A stretch of 64,000 bases of DNA from the NCBI GenBank assembly GCA_964016885.1, contig OZ024740.1:400892001-400956000 (forward strand), given 5' to 3'. Source of the DNA: Eledone cirrhosa. Its lineage: Eukaryota. The position numbers were made by a program, and so were the translations under genes. The notes under the pieces are model-generated. The model was not told the origin of the DNA and ran no database searches. It was given only the letters and a program-made list of their open reading frames with translations. The stretch's first letter is position 1; each line of letters opens with the position of its first letter. Below, one piece after another: positions 43,079 to 55,032 of the stretch.

Positions 43079-43119
43079 CGGTGCTGACGATAGCTCACAA
43101 GCTTGAAACTAGTACATCG
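43079..43119 (+). ncRNA. Minimal type I hammerhead ribozyme, intact core
   Basis: cggtg-CTGACGA-t-agct-caca-agct-t-GAAAC-ta-GTA-catcg; stem I cggtg/catcg; palindromic stem III ACTAGT. Confidence 0.85.
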
Positions 43120-43270
43120 TTCCTGTGTCAGTGTTGAACAAAAAGGTGACGTGGTTGCCTTAACACCGTACGGCATAAATCACGCTGTCCGTTTGTTTAC
43201 AAACGAACAAAGCGAACATTATAATAAATGTTCGCTAAAACTGATACGTACATATATATATGTGTGCCTG

Positions 43271-43357
<87 letters not shown>

Positions 43358-43464
43358 GCTACTGTACGTCTGTATACATATATGTATGTACGTATACATA
43401 CATACTTACATATAAGTAAGTGCCGTACTAAGAGTGAGAAATGAAATTTCATTTCATTCTATTC

Positions 43465-43527
<63 letters not shown>

Positions 43528-43530
<3 letters not shown>

Positions 43531-45217
43531 CTTTGAATAACTTTGAATAACTTTGAAATGTTTTGGCCAGTATTGGCCCAGGCCATGTCTAACTTAATAG
43601 CACCACCTGGCGAAGTCTTTCAATTCAGGATTTGGGCACCATGGCCCATTCGAGAAGAGAATTACTGTTTGCGGAGACATATCCGGGTGTGGGTGGTTTG
43701 TCCGGGATTACTTGGAGGAATTTGTCCAAAGACTTCTTGAATTTTGTGTGGTCAGTTTCTGTTTTGACGTGTCCTGGTGTGATGTTGAAGAGAGCAGGGC
43801 CGATTGAGGTGAAATAATTGTGCCGTATTGTTGTTATGAGTTGCGATTTAGATTTTTGAATGGGACGGATAGCACGGGGCCCAAGCCTTGGGTGTATCTT
43901 GAAGGCGATGCCAACATCATTTGGGCAGTAATGATGGAACATTTTCCACATCATGCAGATAATATAACGCTCACGGCGACGTTGGAGTGAGTAAAGTTTC
44001 AGGTTTTCCAATCGACCCCAGTAGTCAAGGTCTGACATGCCATCTATCTTTTTCGTGATTGCCCTTTGAGGAGCTTCAAGTTTCATGATACTTTGTTTCG
44101 TGTGGGGAGACCACAGTGGACAACAGTATTCAAGGTGTGGTCGGGCGAAAGTAGAGAAGAGAAGGATAATGGTGCGGGAATCTCTCGACTGGAAGGTTCT
44201 GAGGATCCAGGAACACATTCTGCGGGCCATGTCAACTTTGCTGCTTATATGCGTGGTCCAGCTTATGTTGCTGTCCACGGTTACTCCCAAGTCTCTGATG
44301 TTGTTAGATGCCACGAGAGTTTCCCCGGAGGGAAGGGAGTACGGGAGTTTCAGAGCATCCTCTTTTCCAAAGTGGATCAGTTCGAATTTGTCTTCGTTCA
44401 GTAACATGTTGTTCTTTTCTGCCCATTGGGTAACAGCCAGTAGGTCTGACTGAAGGCTTATCCGGTCATCCACGCCATTGATGACCTTTTGGAGCTTGGA
44501 ATCATCAGCGAAAATTTTAATGTTGCTGTGTTTGATGATGTCAGTGATGTCATTAATATAGATGATGAAGAGAAGTGGGCCCAACACAGTGCCTTGTGGG
44601 ACTCCACTACTGACTTTGGCTGGGCTTGATTTGACTCCCTCAACTACAACATGTTGGGTTCTGTTTGACAGGAAGCTCTTGATCCACTGCAGCAGCTTTC
44701 CAGTGACACCAATATTGGACAGCTTTCTCAGTAGAATGTTATGATCAACCCTGTCAAAGGCCTTGCTGAAATCAAGGTAGATAACATCAGTGTTGGAACC
44801 CTCTCCCAAGGCTCTCAAAATGTCATCAAAGTGATGCAGTAGTTGCGTCAGGCAATCCCTTCCATTACGGAATCCATGCTGGTTGGAGTTCAGCATATTG
44901 TTACTCTCAAGGAAGTGGGTCATTCGCGATCTCACCACTCGCTCAAATACCTTAATGATATGAGAGGTGAGTGAGATTGGACGGTAATTCACGGCAAGGG
45001 ATTTGTTTCCCTTTTTGAAAACTGGGACAACAGACTGGGATAGAAGGTTTTCTGGCACATATCCAGCATCCAGTGAGTTCCGCCACAGATTGGCAAGAGG
45101 AGAAGCAAGTTGGTGTTGACACGCCTTCAAGACACAAGCAGGGAACCTATCGGGACCTACTGCTGAATTATGCTTGATTTCCTTTATTGCCGCCAAGACA
45201 TCAGGGGCGCCAAACGT
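43528..45217 (-). mobile_element. Young 5'-truncated CR1-like LINE in (TA)n
   Basis: Uninterrupted RT frame, short 3' UTR, 10-bp tail repeat (taactttgaa x3 on +), TA runs on both sides. Confidence 0.92.
43625..45196 (-). CDS. LINE reverse transcriptase (C-terminal part of ORF2, CR1-like)
   Basis: YRPISLTS, QHGF, YLDFSKAFD, GVPQGTVLGPLLF, FADD, DLGV and PHLEY motifs. Confidence 0.93.
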   Translation of the reverse strand: MAAIKEIKHNSAVGPDRFPACVLKACQHQLASPLANLWRNSLDAGYVPENLLSQSVVPVFKKGNKSLAVNYRPISLTSHIIKVFERVVRSRMTHFLESNNMLNSNQHGFRNGRDCLTQLLHHFDDILRALGEGSNTDVIYLDFSKAFDRVDHNILLRKLSNIGVTGKLLQWIKSFLSNRTQHVVVEGVKSSPAKVSSGVPQGTVLGPLLFIIYINDITDIIKHSNIKIFADDSKLQKVINGVDDRISLQSDLLAVTQWAEKNNMLLNEDKFELIHFGKEDALKLPYSLPSGETLVASNNIRDLGVTVDSNISWTTHISSKVDMARRMCSWILRTFQSRDSRTIILLFSTFARPHLEYCCPLWSPHTKQSIMKLEAPQRAITKKIDGMSDLDYWGRLENLKLYSLQRRRERYIICMMWKMFHHYCPNDVGIAFKIHPRLGPRAIRPIQKSKSQLITTIRHNYFTSIGPALFNITPGHVKTETDHTKFKKSLDKFLQVIPDKPPTPGYVSANSNSLLEWAMVPKS

Positions 45218-46032
45218 TTATATATATATATATATATAAACGTTTGTATTTGTTAAGCCAAGACAATGTAGGTATGGATATAGAATAAAGAATGCAAATG
45301 CAAAAGATATTGTTGACAATTAGTCTTTTACCTTAGATTTATTTAAATGTCCTTAATTTTCGAGATAATATCTCTTCTTCGGAGGGAAGTAAAGCGGTTA
45401 AACCAGTGTTCTAAATAGCTTGCCAAGTCATGCTGACAGGAAATGGTATAGGGTTTTATCTCTAATGTCAAAGAGTTAAGGTTAGGTGGATAAAGATAAG
45501 TCTCCCTTTAAAAGGTTTTTTTTGTACATGCCTATTTAAGTGTGTGGGAGAATGCGTGAAGGTGTAAGTATGTGTATGTGTGTGTGTGAGAGAGAATAAG
45601 TGGAGGTGTAAGCGTGTGTGTCTGTGTGTGCGCGTGTGTATGGGGTGGGTGTGGGGGGTGGGGTGTAAGTATGGGTCTAGATGCTCTATCAAGTTATAAA
45701 TTGGGTGTTGAGTTCTAGTCTATTATTGATTAGTGGTTGTGTTTTGTCTATAATTAGTGCTTCCTTAATTCTAAGATTGCCGAGGTTTCTTTCCTTAGTT
45801 TCTATCCTAATTGTTATGGTTTTGTCGGTGTTTTTGCATTTAACTAGGTGTTTCTTAAATGAGGAAGCGTTAGTATTGAGGTGTTCTTTTATTCTTATGT
45901 GGAGTGGTCTGGTGGTGCTAGCTAGGTAGAATTGCTGCATTTGTCGCACTCTAATCTGTATACGACGTAAGCCTGGTGGCATAGGTCTGTGTCGTTGAAT
46001 TAGACCTGCTCAGCCTGGGTCCCAATTTCATA

Positions 46033-48001
46033 TTGAAACAGAGACTGAACGACAAATTATGGCTCGACATAGAAACGAATTTCTGTCGGGCTGCCTACCA
46101 ACTAAAATGGATATCGACTCTCGGAAACAACAGCACGGAATATAACGAACCCAGATTCCCGATATACCAAATGGATCGTCCATTCTGTCCACCGCCTGCC
46201 AACCGCGAGCTTGAATAACAACTCTCGAGGCTAAAATATTCCGTATTTAACATTTTTACGGAAACAGAAGAAGATAGCCCCAAACCTCTCCAGGACACAA
46301 GAACTCGCCCTGAAGAACCTACGGAATAGGGAACTTATATACATACCATCCGACAAAGGTAAAGAGTTTTGCGTCATCTCTCAAGCCACATACAACAACC
46401 TAGCCTTTGAACTCCTAAGCGACAATGAACTAAGCGACAATGAACTATCCCGGGCATGACTGCAGCCCAGATCGAAAAACAGACCAATTCCATCTGGTTC
46501 GACATATGTAGGAGAAGACAACTCCCAAATAAAGTTAAGCTCAACTACGCCACTAGAAATAGCAGACTGCCCACTTTCTACCACCTCATCAAGACCCACA
46601 AGAATAGTACTAAAACACAAATAAGACGCATCGTCTCTAGCATAGAAGGACCGCTATACAAAATTTCCTGGCTCCTCTCCCAGGTCCTCAAGCCTCTACT
46701 CTCCAGCTTTCCCGGGCATATCAGTAGCTCCGACGAAGTCATACGTAAACTACACCAACTCCAGCCAGAACAACTTAAACTAAATAGATCTGCCTTTAGC
46801 CTCGACGTTGGCTCCCTCTACACTACAGAACCCGCTCATCCAGCGATTTATTGACGGACTGCGTGGTCGCAGAGGACATCCACTGCTACAGCCTCCATCG
46901 GACGGACATACACCAGTTTTTGTCCTTCACAGTGGACAACACGTACTTCACCTTCCACCACCACACATACAGACAAACAACAGGATTACCCATGGGATTC
47001 AGCCTATCAGGCCTGCTGGTCATCACCTATATGAACCAGCTAGAATGCCGAGCCCTCAACACCTGCCATTCCCATACCTTCTTCACCCGATATGTAGATG
47101 ACATACTCATCCTTACATCATCCCGTGAGGAGGCGGATAAAATATACACAACATTCTCCAGTATGGACGCCAGTATAAACTTCAGCATGGAACACCCCGA
47201 TGACCGCGGATCCCTATCTCTACTGGACTTCCAACTCAGGGTAACAGAGGAAGGCAACATTGACACCTGCTTCTATAAAAAAAAACCGCCAGCAGGGACC
47301 TGTTCGTACATTTCAGATTGGCTCTCCCAGCCGGCGCTAAGTTCGGATACATAAGGAACGAACTGGCACGTATCCGGAACAAATGCACCGACGCTAGAGA
47401 TCGAGACACACACGCCACACATTTCCTGGAAGTACTCAAACTGAACGGATACACGACATCCACCACAAACCGTGCCAGAAAGAACAACGGACACCATACC
47501 CGAGGCACTAACACTTACTTCCTGAAGCTCCCACACTTCAGTGACGAAACAACAACAGCCATCCGCAGAGCTATCAGACGAGAGGGACTAGATATCCAAC
47601 TGGCCCACTCAGGTCCTTCTCTACGCGGACAGCTAAACAAAAGACACTCCACCAGACATGACAACCGCTGCAGGCTAGCAAACTGCCCCATCAGCGACAC
47701 AGACCTATGCCACCAGGCTTACGTCGTATACAGACTAGAGTGCGACAAATGCAGCAACTTCTACCTAGGTAGCACCACCAGACCACTCCACATAAGAATA
47801 AAAGAACACCTCAATACTAACGCTTCCTCATTTAAGAAACACCTAGTTAAATGCAAAAACACCGACAAAACCATAACAGTTAGGATAGAAACTAAGGAAA
47901 GAAACCTCGGCAATCTTAGAATTAAGGAAGTAATAATTATAGACAAAACACAACCACCAATCAATAATAGATTAGAACTCAACACCCAATTTATAACTTG
48001 A
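46033..48001 (+). pseudogene. Frameshifted PLE RT + GIY-YIG endonuclease
   Basis: PSDKG, LPTFYHLIKTHK, SLDVGSLYT, QTTGLPMG, RYVDD, LLDF; VVYRLEC..C..FYLGSTTRPLHIRIKEH...E...I...P.IN. Confidence 0.92.
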
Positions 48002-48429
48002 TAGAGCATCTAGCCCCATACATACAATCCCCCACACGCGCACGCACACACACACACGCGCTTACGCCTGCACTTATTCTCTCTCACACACACACATACA
48101 CACACAAATACCAGTTCTAACACGAGAGAACATCTATCCCCCACATTTACGTATAGACATATCTTCTCACAGTCACACACACACAAACACATACACATAC
48201 TTACACCTTCACGCATTCTCCCACACACTTAAATAGGCATGTAAAAAAAACCTTTTTAAAGGGAGACTACTCTTTATCCACCTAACCTTAACTCTTTGAC
48301 ATTAGAGATAGAACCCTATACCATTTCCTGTCAGCATGACATGGCAAGCTATTTAGAACATGGTTTAACCGCTTTCTTGTCAGCATGACATGGCAAGCTA
48401 TTTAGAACACGGTTTAACCGCTTTACTTC

Positions 48430-48464
48430 CCTCCGAAGAAGAGATATTATCTCGAAAATTAAGG
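48430..48464 (+). ncRNA. Variant hammerhead-like motif in the PLE1 3' end (mirror copy near 45350-45385, minus)
   Basis: cct-CCGAAGA-a-gagat-att-atctc-GAAA-at-ta-agg; U4>C, very short stems I and III. Confidence 0.4.
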
Positions 48465-48746
48465 ACATTTAAATAAATCTAAGGTAAAAGACTAATTGTC
48501 AACAATATCTTTTGCATTTGCATTCTTTATTCTATGTCCATACCTGCATTGTCCTGGCTTTTCAAATACAAACGTTTATACCTCATTACACAATGCTTCA
48601 AGTGAACTATAACTTCCACCATATATATATATTAGGATTGGTGCTCTGAAATAGCCATGTATACATGCATTAATGTATGTTTGTATATTTGGCAATACAT
48701 CGTATGTTTAATTGAAAACATTTTGAAGACCTTGAGCTATACATTT

Positions 48747-49216
48747 CCGATTGGTTGGTTGGTTCCAGAACCAGACGATTGTTCATATATTGTCAAAGTT
48801 CTTTCGTCACACATTCTGTGACGTCTTCAGTGACTGGGAATTCTTTTCTTTGTTTTTGTGCCTCTCCTTTGTTCTTTCCTACGCCATCTTCTTTTTTTCC
48901 GAAAACAAGATGGCGTAGGACAGAACAAAGGAGAGGCACAAAAACAAAGAAAAGCATCCCCAGTTACTGAAGAGGTCACATAATGTGTGACGAAAGAACT
49001 TTGACAATATATGAACAATCGTCTGGTTGTGGAACGAACCAACCAACCGGTAATTTATAAATTCCTAAATTTATAAATTTACTTTATAATAAATTGAAGT
49101 GAAAGCAACTGGTGCGTGTCTTTCTTATTAGCAACATGACCCTCCCAAAGCATAACAATATCGGTTTCAACACACGTTTTCAGATAAAGATTCTTGCTAA
49201 ACAAATTCAGAAACGA
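48747..49216 (+). mobile_element. Fold-back PLE 3' end: ~145-bp-arm palindrome (48747-49050) plus tail
   Basis: HHR in both arms; tail 49135-49216 is homologous to the PLE3 terminus 52560-52640 (inverted); ends in (TA)n. Confidence 0.85.
48963..49005 (+). ncRNA. Type I hammerhead (mirror copy at 48792-48834, minus)
   Basis: gt(t/c)a-CTGAAGA-n-gtcaca-loop-tgtgac-GAAA-gaac-tt-tgac. Confidence 0.75.
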
Positions 49217-50029
49217 TATATATATATATATATATATATATAGTAATAATAATAAATTAGAAGACTAAAATCCAAAGAGGGCTCGATAAAGATAAATATA
49301 TATGAAATATATAAGAACCATAGGGCAAGTATTTATTAAAATAACAGATTAAAGTTTAAGCAAAGAATCGCTGCTTTCACCCTTAACGGGATCTTCTGAA
49401 ACTAAAAAAAACAATCTCTGAACGCAGAAGTAAATATTTCAAAAAACGTTGCAACCGAATGAAGACAGGAAGACGATACTTTGGTTCGTGGAAACGTTCC
49501 CTGGCAATGAACGGAAACAAACGAAGATAATACGTCATTATTTGGAGTGTTGAAAACAATTACACACAAAGACAAAACCACGTTTATGGTATAAAGGAAG
49601 TCGTAGACTAATATTCTCTTTGGTGGTTCGAGGAGACGTTCTCTGTCAATGAACGGAAAAAACGAAGATAATACGTCATTATGTGCCGCATGAGAACAAA
49701 TACACGCAAAGACAAAACCACGTATATGGTATAACTTAAGTCGTAGATTAAAATTCTATTTAGGAAACCGAATGATTCTCGGCTTCAAAGTTAAGAATAA
49801 AGTAAATAAATTACAAAGGTAATTGAAATTAAATATATACATGCACGCATCCATATACGTACGAGAAAGTATACGTACCTTCACAAAACATATACAAAAT
49901 ATACTTACCTATACAAATAATAATGGTATAAACATAACTTATACTTAGCTACCACATCACGACGTAAAATATCCGCATATAGTTCGTACTATCCGTTAGG
50001 GTATAATGTGGGGCTGTAATACAGGAACG

Positions 50030-52110
50030 TTTTGTGCAATTTATGTTTACAAGCCGAAATTGCCTCAGATTTCTTGTTTAAGATGTGGTCTTTGGCGTAG
50101 AGTATTTCCAGGGCCTCAGCAGCGCAGAGAACACATGGTCTTTTATTTCCGTTATACGATCTAGCCTAAGCTAGGATCTCCCAGTGTAACTTATATTGGG
50201 TGTGGTTGTCTTTTAGACTCCAGATATAATCTGAAAGAGACGTCATATTCTTTCTTAAATGGTTAAGAAAAGAATGGATATGCATGTAAAGACGCTGCTT
50301 GAATTTATTGGCGGTTAACCCTATGTAGGCCCTTCGGGACGTGGGTGTTTCAACCTTACATTTGTAGACAATGTTACTAGAGAGGCATTTCCCGGATAGG
50401 GGACAGTCAACCCGATTCCTACAATTACAGTTAGTACTAGCTACAGGGTTGCACGTGTTCCTACGGCTAGGTAATTTCGCTAAATTTGAAGCTGTAATGT
50501 TATGTGTAATGTTAGGAGTCGTAGAGTAAGAAATATTAATGGTATTTCTATTAAAAATATTACTATATTCATGTGCTGGGGGTAAATGCTTTATAATAAG
50601 GGAGAGAAAGATCTTAGCTAAAGGTGTGGTCACCTCCACATTATATGGTGGGTTATACCATATAATGCGTCGGGATCTATTTTTCCTAGGTCTATTCTCA
50701 TACTCTGTATATCCTACATTATCGACAAATCCACTCCGAGCAAGAGCTTCATTGTAATATGTGGAATGGTCGTTGAAAATAGCTCGTTTACTAGGTTTAC
50801 CAGGTTTACCAGGTTTACCAGGTTCTTGGTTATGCTGGCAGGATGGTTAGAATGCTTACTAATGTAATTAAGCGTATCATTCGGCTTTCTATAAGGGTAG
50901 TGCAAGCCATTCGACAAATTGAGGGTAATTTCGAGGTAATTAACGACTGAGAGTTTGGCCTCAAACGGTATGGAGAGGTTGAAGCCTTTAAAGAAGGCTG
51001 TGAGTTCTTTTCTGAACCTGACGCAAGCACGTGGGCCGCACTTTGTCGTGGTCAAAAGACCGTCATCACGGTACAAACCACCGCCCACGCTGGGTAATTC
51101 TTTCTTGATAGTGAAAAGAAGGAAAAGGCCAATAAGATCAGTAACCTCCGCAGAATCGCTGGCACCCATACTCACGTCGAATGGGGTATTATTAGATGTT
51201 TTAATCTAAATAGAGTCGTCGAAATTAATCACCGACTTACGGGCATTGAGGATGACATCAACTTCGAAATCCTTAACCACTGTGAGTGTTTTAGCGAAAT
51301 TGATAGCTCTAAGAAGAAGTGGTAAAGTGATGGAGGAGTAGTAATTATTGATGTCGAATTGGATAAAACGGCAATGTTCCCTGTTGCATATGCCGTTGAC
51401 CGAATCAATCACCGCGAAAGAATTGTTCCATAGTGCAAGAGGGGCCAAACCTCTAATTTCAGGTATAATTATATCTAAAATCCTTTCACTAAGTCTACCT
51501 AATTCGGACTTCGTAGGGTTAAGAAGCCGAATAGAGGGGCTGTTCGGGAAATTGGATTTGTGATCCTTCTGGGTAAAGTGGGGAGAGATAGGGTCCAGAG
51601 GTTCAGTCCGGTCCAGGTAGTTGAGATCAGAGGTGATTCTAAACCCAGCGTCTTTGATTTCATTAATGACGCTCCGATTAGTTTTACTGTAATCCTTAGT
51701 ACAGCATTATGTAGCAGTTGATGGTAAGTACTAAGCTCCACTTGATATAGATTGCCAGTTTTGTCGGAGTGGACGTGCACGGCATTAGAATCCTTAATAG
51801 AACGAATTCTATTATTCAGGTCCTGCTGGAAGCAATTGCTCCTATTCCGAAATTTGATACACCGTATGAGTTCCAAGACATCATTTTCGAAGGGTAGCAA
51901 TGGTGGGTTACTCGGAGGGTTATTATAAGTTTTAAACCCAAATTTATCCTGTTTGTTGTCTGCTTTTCCCTGAGTATCGAAATAAAAGGCACGCCAACGC
52001 AACCTTTTAATGAACGCGTCTGTTTCTGTATTAAGAGTTTTAGGTATGTTTTCCTGCTTGGTACGGGTATGTTCTTTGTAGAAATATTCAGATGTTGTTT
52101 CTGCATGAGG
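50030..52110 (-). pseudogene. Frameshifted PLE RT + GIY-YIG
   Basis: FIKRLRWRA, SDKT, QFDINNYYSSI, MGASDSAEV, GGLYRDDGL, NCNCR...CPL...C...IVYKC...YIGLT...FKQR...H. Confidence 0.9.
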
Positions 52111-52414
52111 AATATAAGGCAATAGAGTGCTTCCACATAATGACGTATTATCTTCATTTTTTTCGTTCATTGCCAGAGAATGTCTCCAAGAACCACCTAA
52201 TAGAATATTAGTCTAAGACTTCATTTATACCATAAACGTGGTTTTGTCTTGGCGTGTAATTGTTTTCACCGGTCCAAAGAATGATGTATTATCTTCGTTT
52301 TTTTCCTTCTTTGCCAGGGAACGTTTCCACGAACCAAAGTATCGTCTTCGTGTCTTCCTGCGGTTGCAACGTTTTTTGAAATATCCAGTTCTGCGTTTAC
52401 AGATTGACTTTGTT

Positions 52415-52464
52415 AGTTTCAGAAGATCCGTTAAGGGTGAAAGCAGCGATTCTTTGCTTAAACT
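52415..52464 (+). ncRNA. Variant hammerhead (core CAGAAGA) of the PLE2 family; copies at 49353-49403 (-), 27168-27218 (+) and 13141-13191 (-)
   Basis: agttt-CAGAAGA-tcc(c)-gttaa-gggt-GAA-agca-loop-tgct-t-aaact; all three stems pair. Confidence 0.6.
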
Positions 52465-52492
52465 TTAATCTGTTATTTTAATAAATAAATAA

Positions 52493-52560
<68 letters not shown>

Positions 52561-53116
52561 CGGCGATGAATTAGTTTTGCGAGGTTTTTTATATGAAATC
52601 GTGTGTCGAAACAAATATTGTTATACTTGGGGAGGGTCATATTTGTGTAATATTGCCAGAATTAATAACAGAACACACTCACTGTATGGTTGGTTTTCGC
52701 TTCTCGCTTCTGTGTCTTTTATATTGGTAATCTAACTTACTCGGTCCTCAATGTTGCCATTGACTGACCGACGGTCAAAAATAATACAGATACAATATAG
52801 ACACAAACACATATATATAGTTTATCATAAATCTTTCGTTGCACATCTGCAACATCGTCAGTGGTGCTATATTTTCCACCTGTTGTATTGTATGTCTACG
52901 CCATTTTTATTCAGTCTGTCTATATATTTATTTATTTATTTGCTTGTTTGTTTATTTTATTTTGTCTTCTTTGCGCATGCGTTTGCGTGTGTGTATAGTG
53001 TTTTGTTTGCTGTGTGATGGGTGACTAGTGTGTGTTTATGTGCTTGTTGTTATTGTGCTTGTGTATGTATTTATTTATTTATTTATTTATTTATTTATTT
53101 TATTTTATTTACTTAT

Positions 53117-53750
53117 TTATACTTCTCTTAGGTCAGTGTTGTTTGTTTGGGTGTTGTTGTTATTCCATTCATTCTTTCTGTTTAGCCTTGGTCTTCTGAT
53201 TTCTATTTCACTGGCCTCTCCGATTTGCCTATCTGCTGGGTCATTTCTATGTTTAGATATTATTCTAATTTCTATGTTGTCTATGTTACCGTCATGTTGT
53301 TGTCTAGCATGTTCGTATAGTACTGACCAGTTTTTTCGTCCTTTTAGTTCCCCCCAGTGTTGGTCTATCCTTTCACCTATGCTACGAGCTGTCTCACCTA
53401 TGTATGTTGTTGTCATGTTTCTGCAAGTACCCTCTGTACATCTTATGCTATAGACTACGTTTCTAGTTTTACAGTTTATCCGGGGGTTCACCTTACATAT
53501 GATACATTTCCTATTGGTACGGTGGCTTTTCTTAAAAGGGTAGGTTTTGCTGGTCAGGGATTTTATGGTGGTTCCTGGCTTTTCTACCACCTTTATTTTC
53601 AAGTGGGTCTTTCTCAGGGCCTTTCTACACTGGTTAGCTAATTTCCCTCCAGGGGTAGCGTCCACAAACATGACACTCTGGTATCTCTGGTTGTCGTACC
53701 ATGAGGTGGCTTTCCCTATCTTATGTCTAGCCCTATTTAAGCTATTCCAT
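53117..53750 (-). pseudogene. PLE GIY-YIG endonuclease domain (truncated ORF)
   Basis: CIIC...NCKTRNVVYSIRC...YIGETARSIGERIDQH...RQIGEA.....PRLN. Confidence 0.9.
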
Positions 53751-53765
53751 GGAGGAAAATATAGC

Positions 53766-53807
53766 ACCACTGACGATGTTGCAGATGTGCAACGAAAGAT
53801 TTATGAT
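53766..53807 (+). ncRNA. Type I hammerhead (sense copy at 52824-52865, minus)
   Basis: acca-CTGACGA-t-gttgca-gatg-tgcaac-GAAA-gat-TTA-tgat. Confidence 0.7.
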
Positions 53808-54007
53808 AAACTATATATATGTGTTTGTGTCTATATTGTATCTGTATTATTTTTGACCGTCGGTCAGTCAATGGCAACATTGAGGACCGAGTAAGTTAGA
53901 TTACCAATATAAAAGACACAGAAGCGAGAAGCGAAAACCAACCATACAGTGAGTGTGTTCTGTTATTAATTCTGGCAATATTACACAAATATGACCCTCC
54001 CCAAGTA

Positions 54008-54082
<75 letters not shown>

Positions 54083-54256
54083 AGGTTATATGTAGATTTT
54101 TAACATATATATCCTTGTGTCGAGCCGTATATTCTATGTTTACTTCACATTATATGTTTGGCTGTTCCAGTATAACTATATCTGCATTGTATATTGTTTT
54201 GTTTCATTATTTGCAAGTATTCTAATTTATATTTTTCGTTTTAGTATTTTTCCCAG

Positions 54257-54345
54257 TGTCGGATAATATGTCAAAAGAGGGAAATGATGAGACGGAATCC
54301 CCCACAAAGCCATATGTTTCACTCACACCAGGTTCTCCTACACAG
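54257..54345 (+). CDS. Candidate internal host exon (89 nt; [30 protein letters not shown])
   Basis: Pyrimidine-rich acceptor tatttttcccag, donor CAG|gtaagc, open frame, non-repetitive. Protein not recognised. Confidence 0.45.
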
Positions 54346-54384
54346 GTAAGCGCGTATATATATATATATATTTACATATATGTG

Positions 54385-54440
<56 letters not shown>

Positions 54441-54492
54441 TGTGTATGTGTGTGTATATATATACATATTTACATATATGTGTGTATATATA

Positions 54493-54534
<42 letters not shown>

Positions 54535-55032
54535 GTGTGTGTGTATGTTCTCGTGTCTAAGTACTTTCTACTACCTCCAACACTCAGTAAGGTATCGTGA
54601 TATAAATCTTTTCAGAAACGAGCGCCATAAATGTTTAAGGGAAAACACATTTACTGAAGCGATTGCTTGCAGAAGAATGGAAATCATACATCAAACGTCA
54701 ACTCACTCTTATGTGACTGTCATCATAAGCGAACTAATGTTTGCAGTTCACTTCTCACTACTGTACTTGTCTGCTAAAAACTTGTCTGAATTATAGCTTC
54801 GTCTACGGTTACATCAAATTGCGATCTTCAAGATACTAAACTAGATTTGTTTAGTCTTAATGTAAAACTGAGAAGCTAAATATACAAAGATTGTTATCCG
54901 CAAAGTTTGTTATTTATTTGTTTCTTCTAATTCTTCTATTGATGGCTTGAATATTTTTTCCTCTGGTTTCACGGCGAAAACTATAAGTCAATAGGACAGT
55001 TAAACATGAACACGTAGTCATACATTTAACTA

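Larger units (their letters stand above)
45236..48620 (+). mobile_element. Penelope-like element 1 with inverted 3' copy at its 5' end
   Basis: 45236-45998 is the reverse complement of about 47691-48579; RT and GIY-YIG lie between; TA runs at both ends. Confidence 0.92.
49243..52490 (-). mobile_element. Penelope-like element 2 with inverted 3' copy at its 5' end
   Basis: 52135-52485 is the reverse complement of about 49330-49685; ~140-bp subrepeats in the pLTR; TA flanks. Confidence 0.92.
52560..54011 (-). mobile_element. Penelope-like element 3, 5'-truncated, with inverted 3' copy
   Basis: 53752-54011 is the reverse complement of 52620-52878; GIY-YIG ORF; TA flanks. Confidence 0.9.

Noticed and set aside
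42130-43444. Repeated short ORFs ([17 protein letters not shown]...) as a peptide gene family
   Set aside because: By-products of the HHR tandem unit; frames vary with (TA)n length and there are no splice or start signals.
42157-43470. CRISPR-like or ordinary satellite array
   Set aside because: No repeat-spacer structure, eukaryotic context, and the unit is explained by the HHR.
45210-45246. Small palindrome caaacgttta(ta)n taaacgtttg
   Set aside because: The left half is in-frame LINE sequence (TFGAPDVLAAIK) and the right half is the PLE1 end; aaacgttt is self-complementary, so this is probably coincidence.
50789-50823. (aggtttacc)x4 giving NLVNLVNLVN
   Set aside because: Local slippage in a dead PLE RT.
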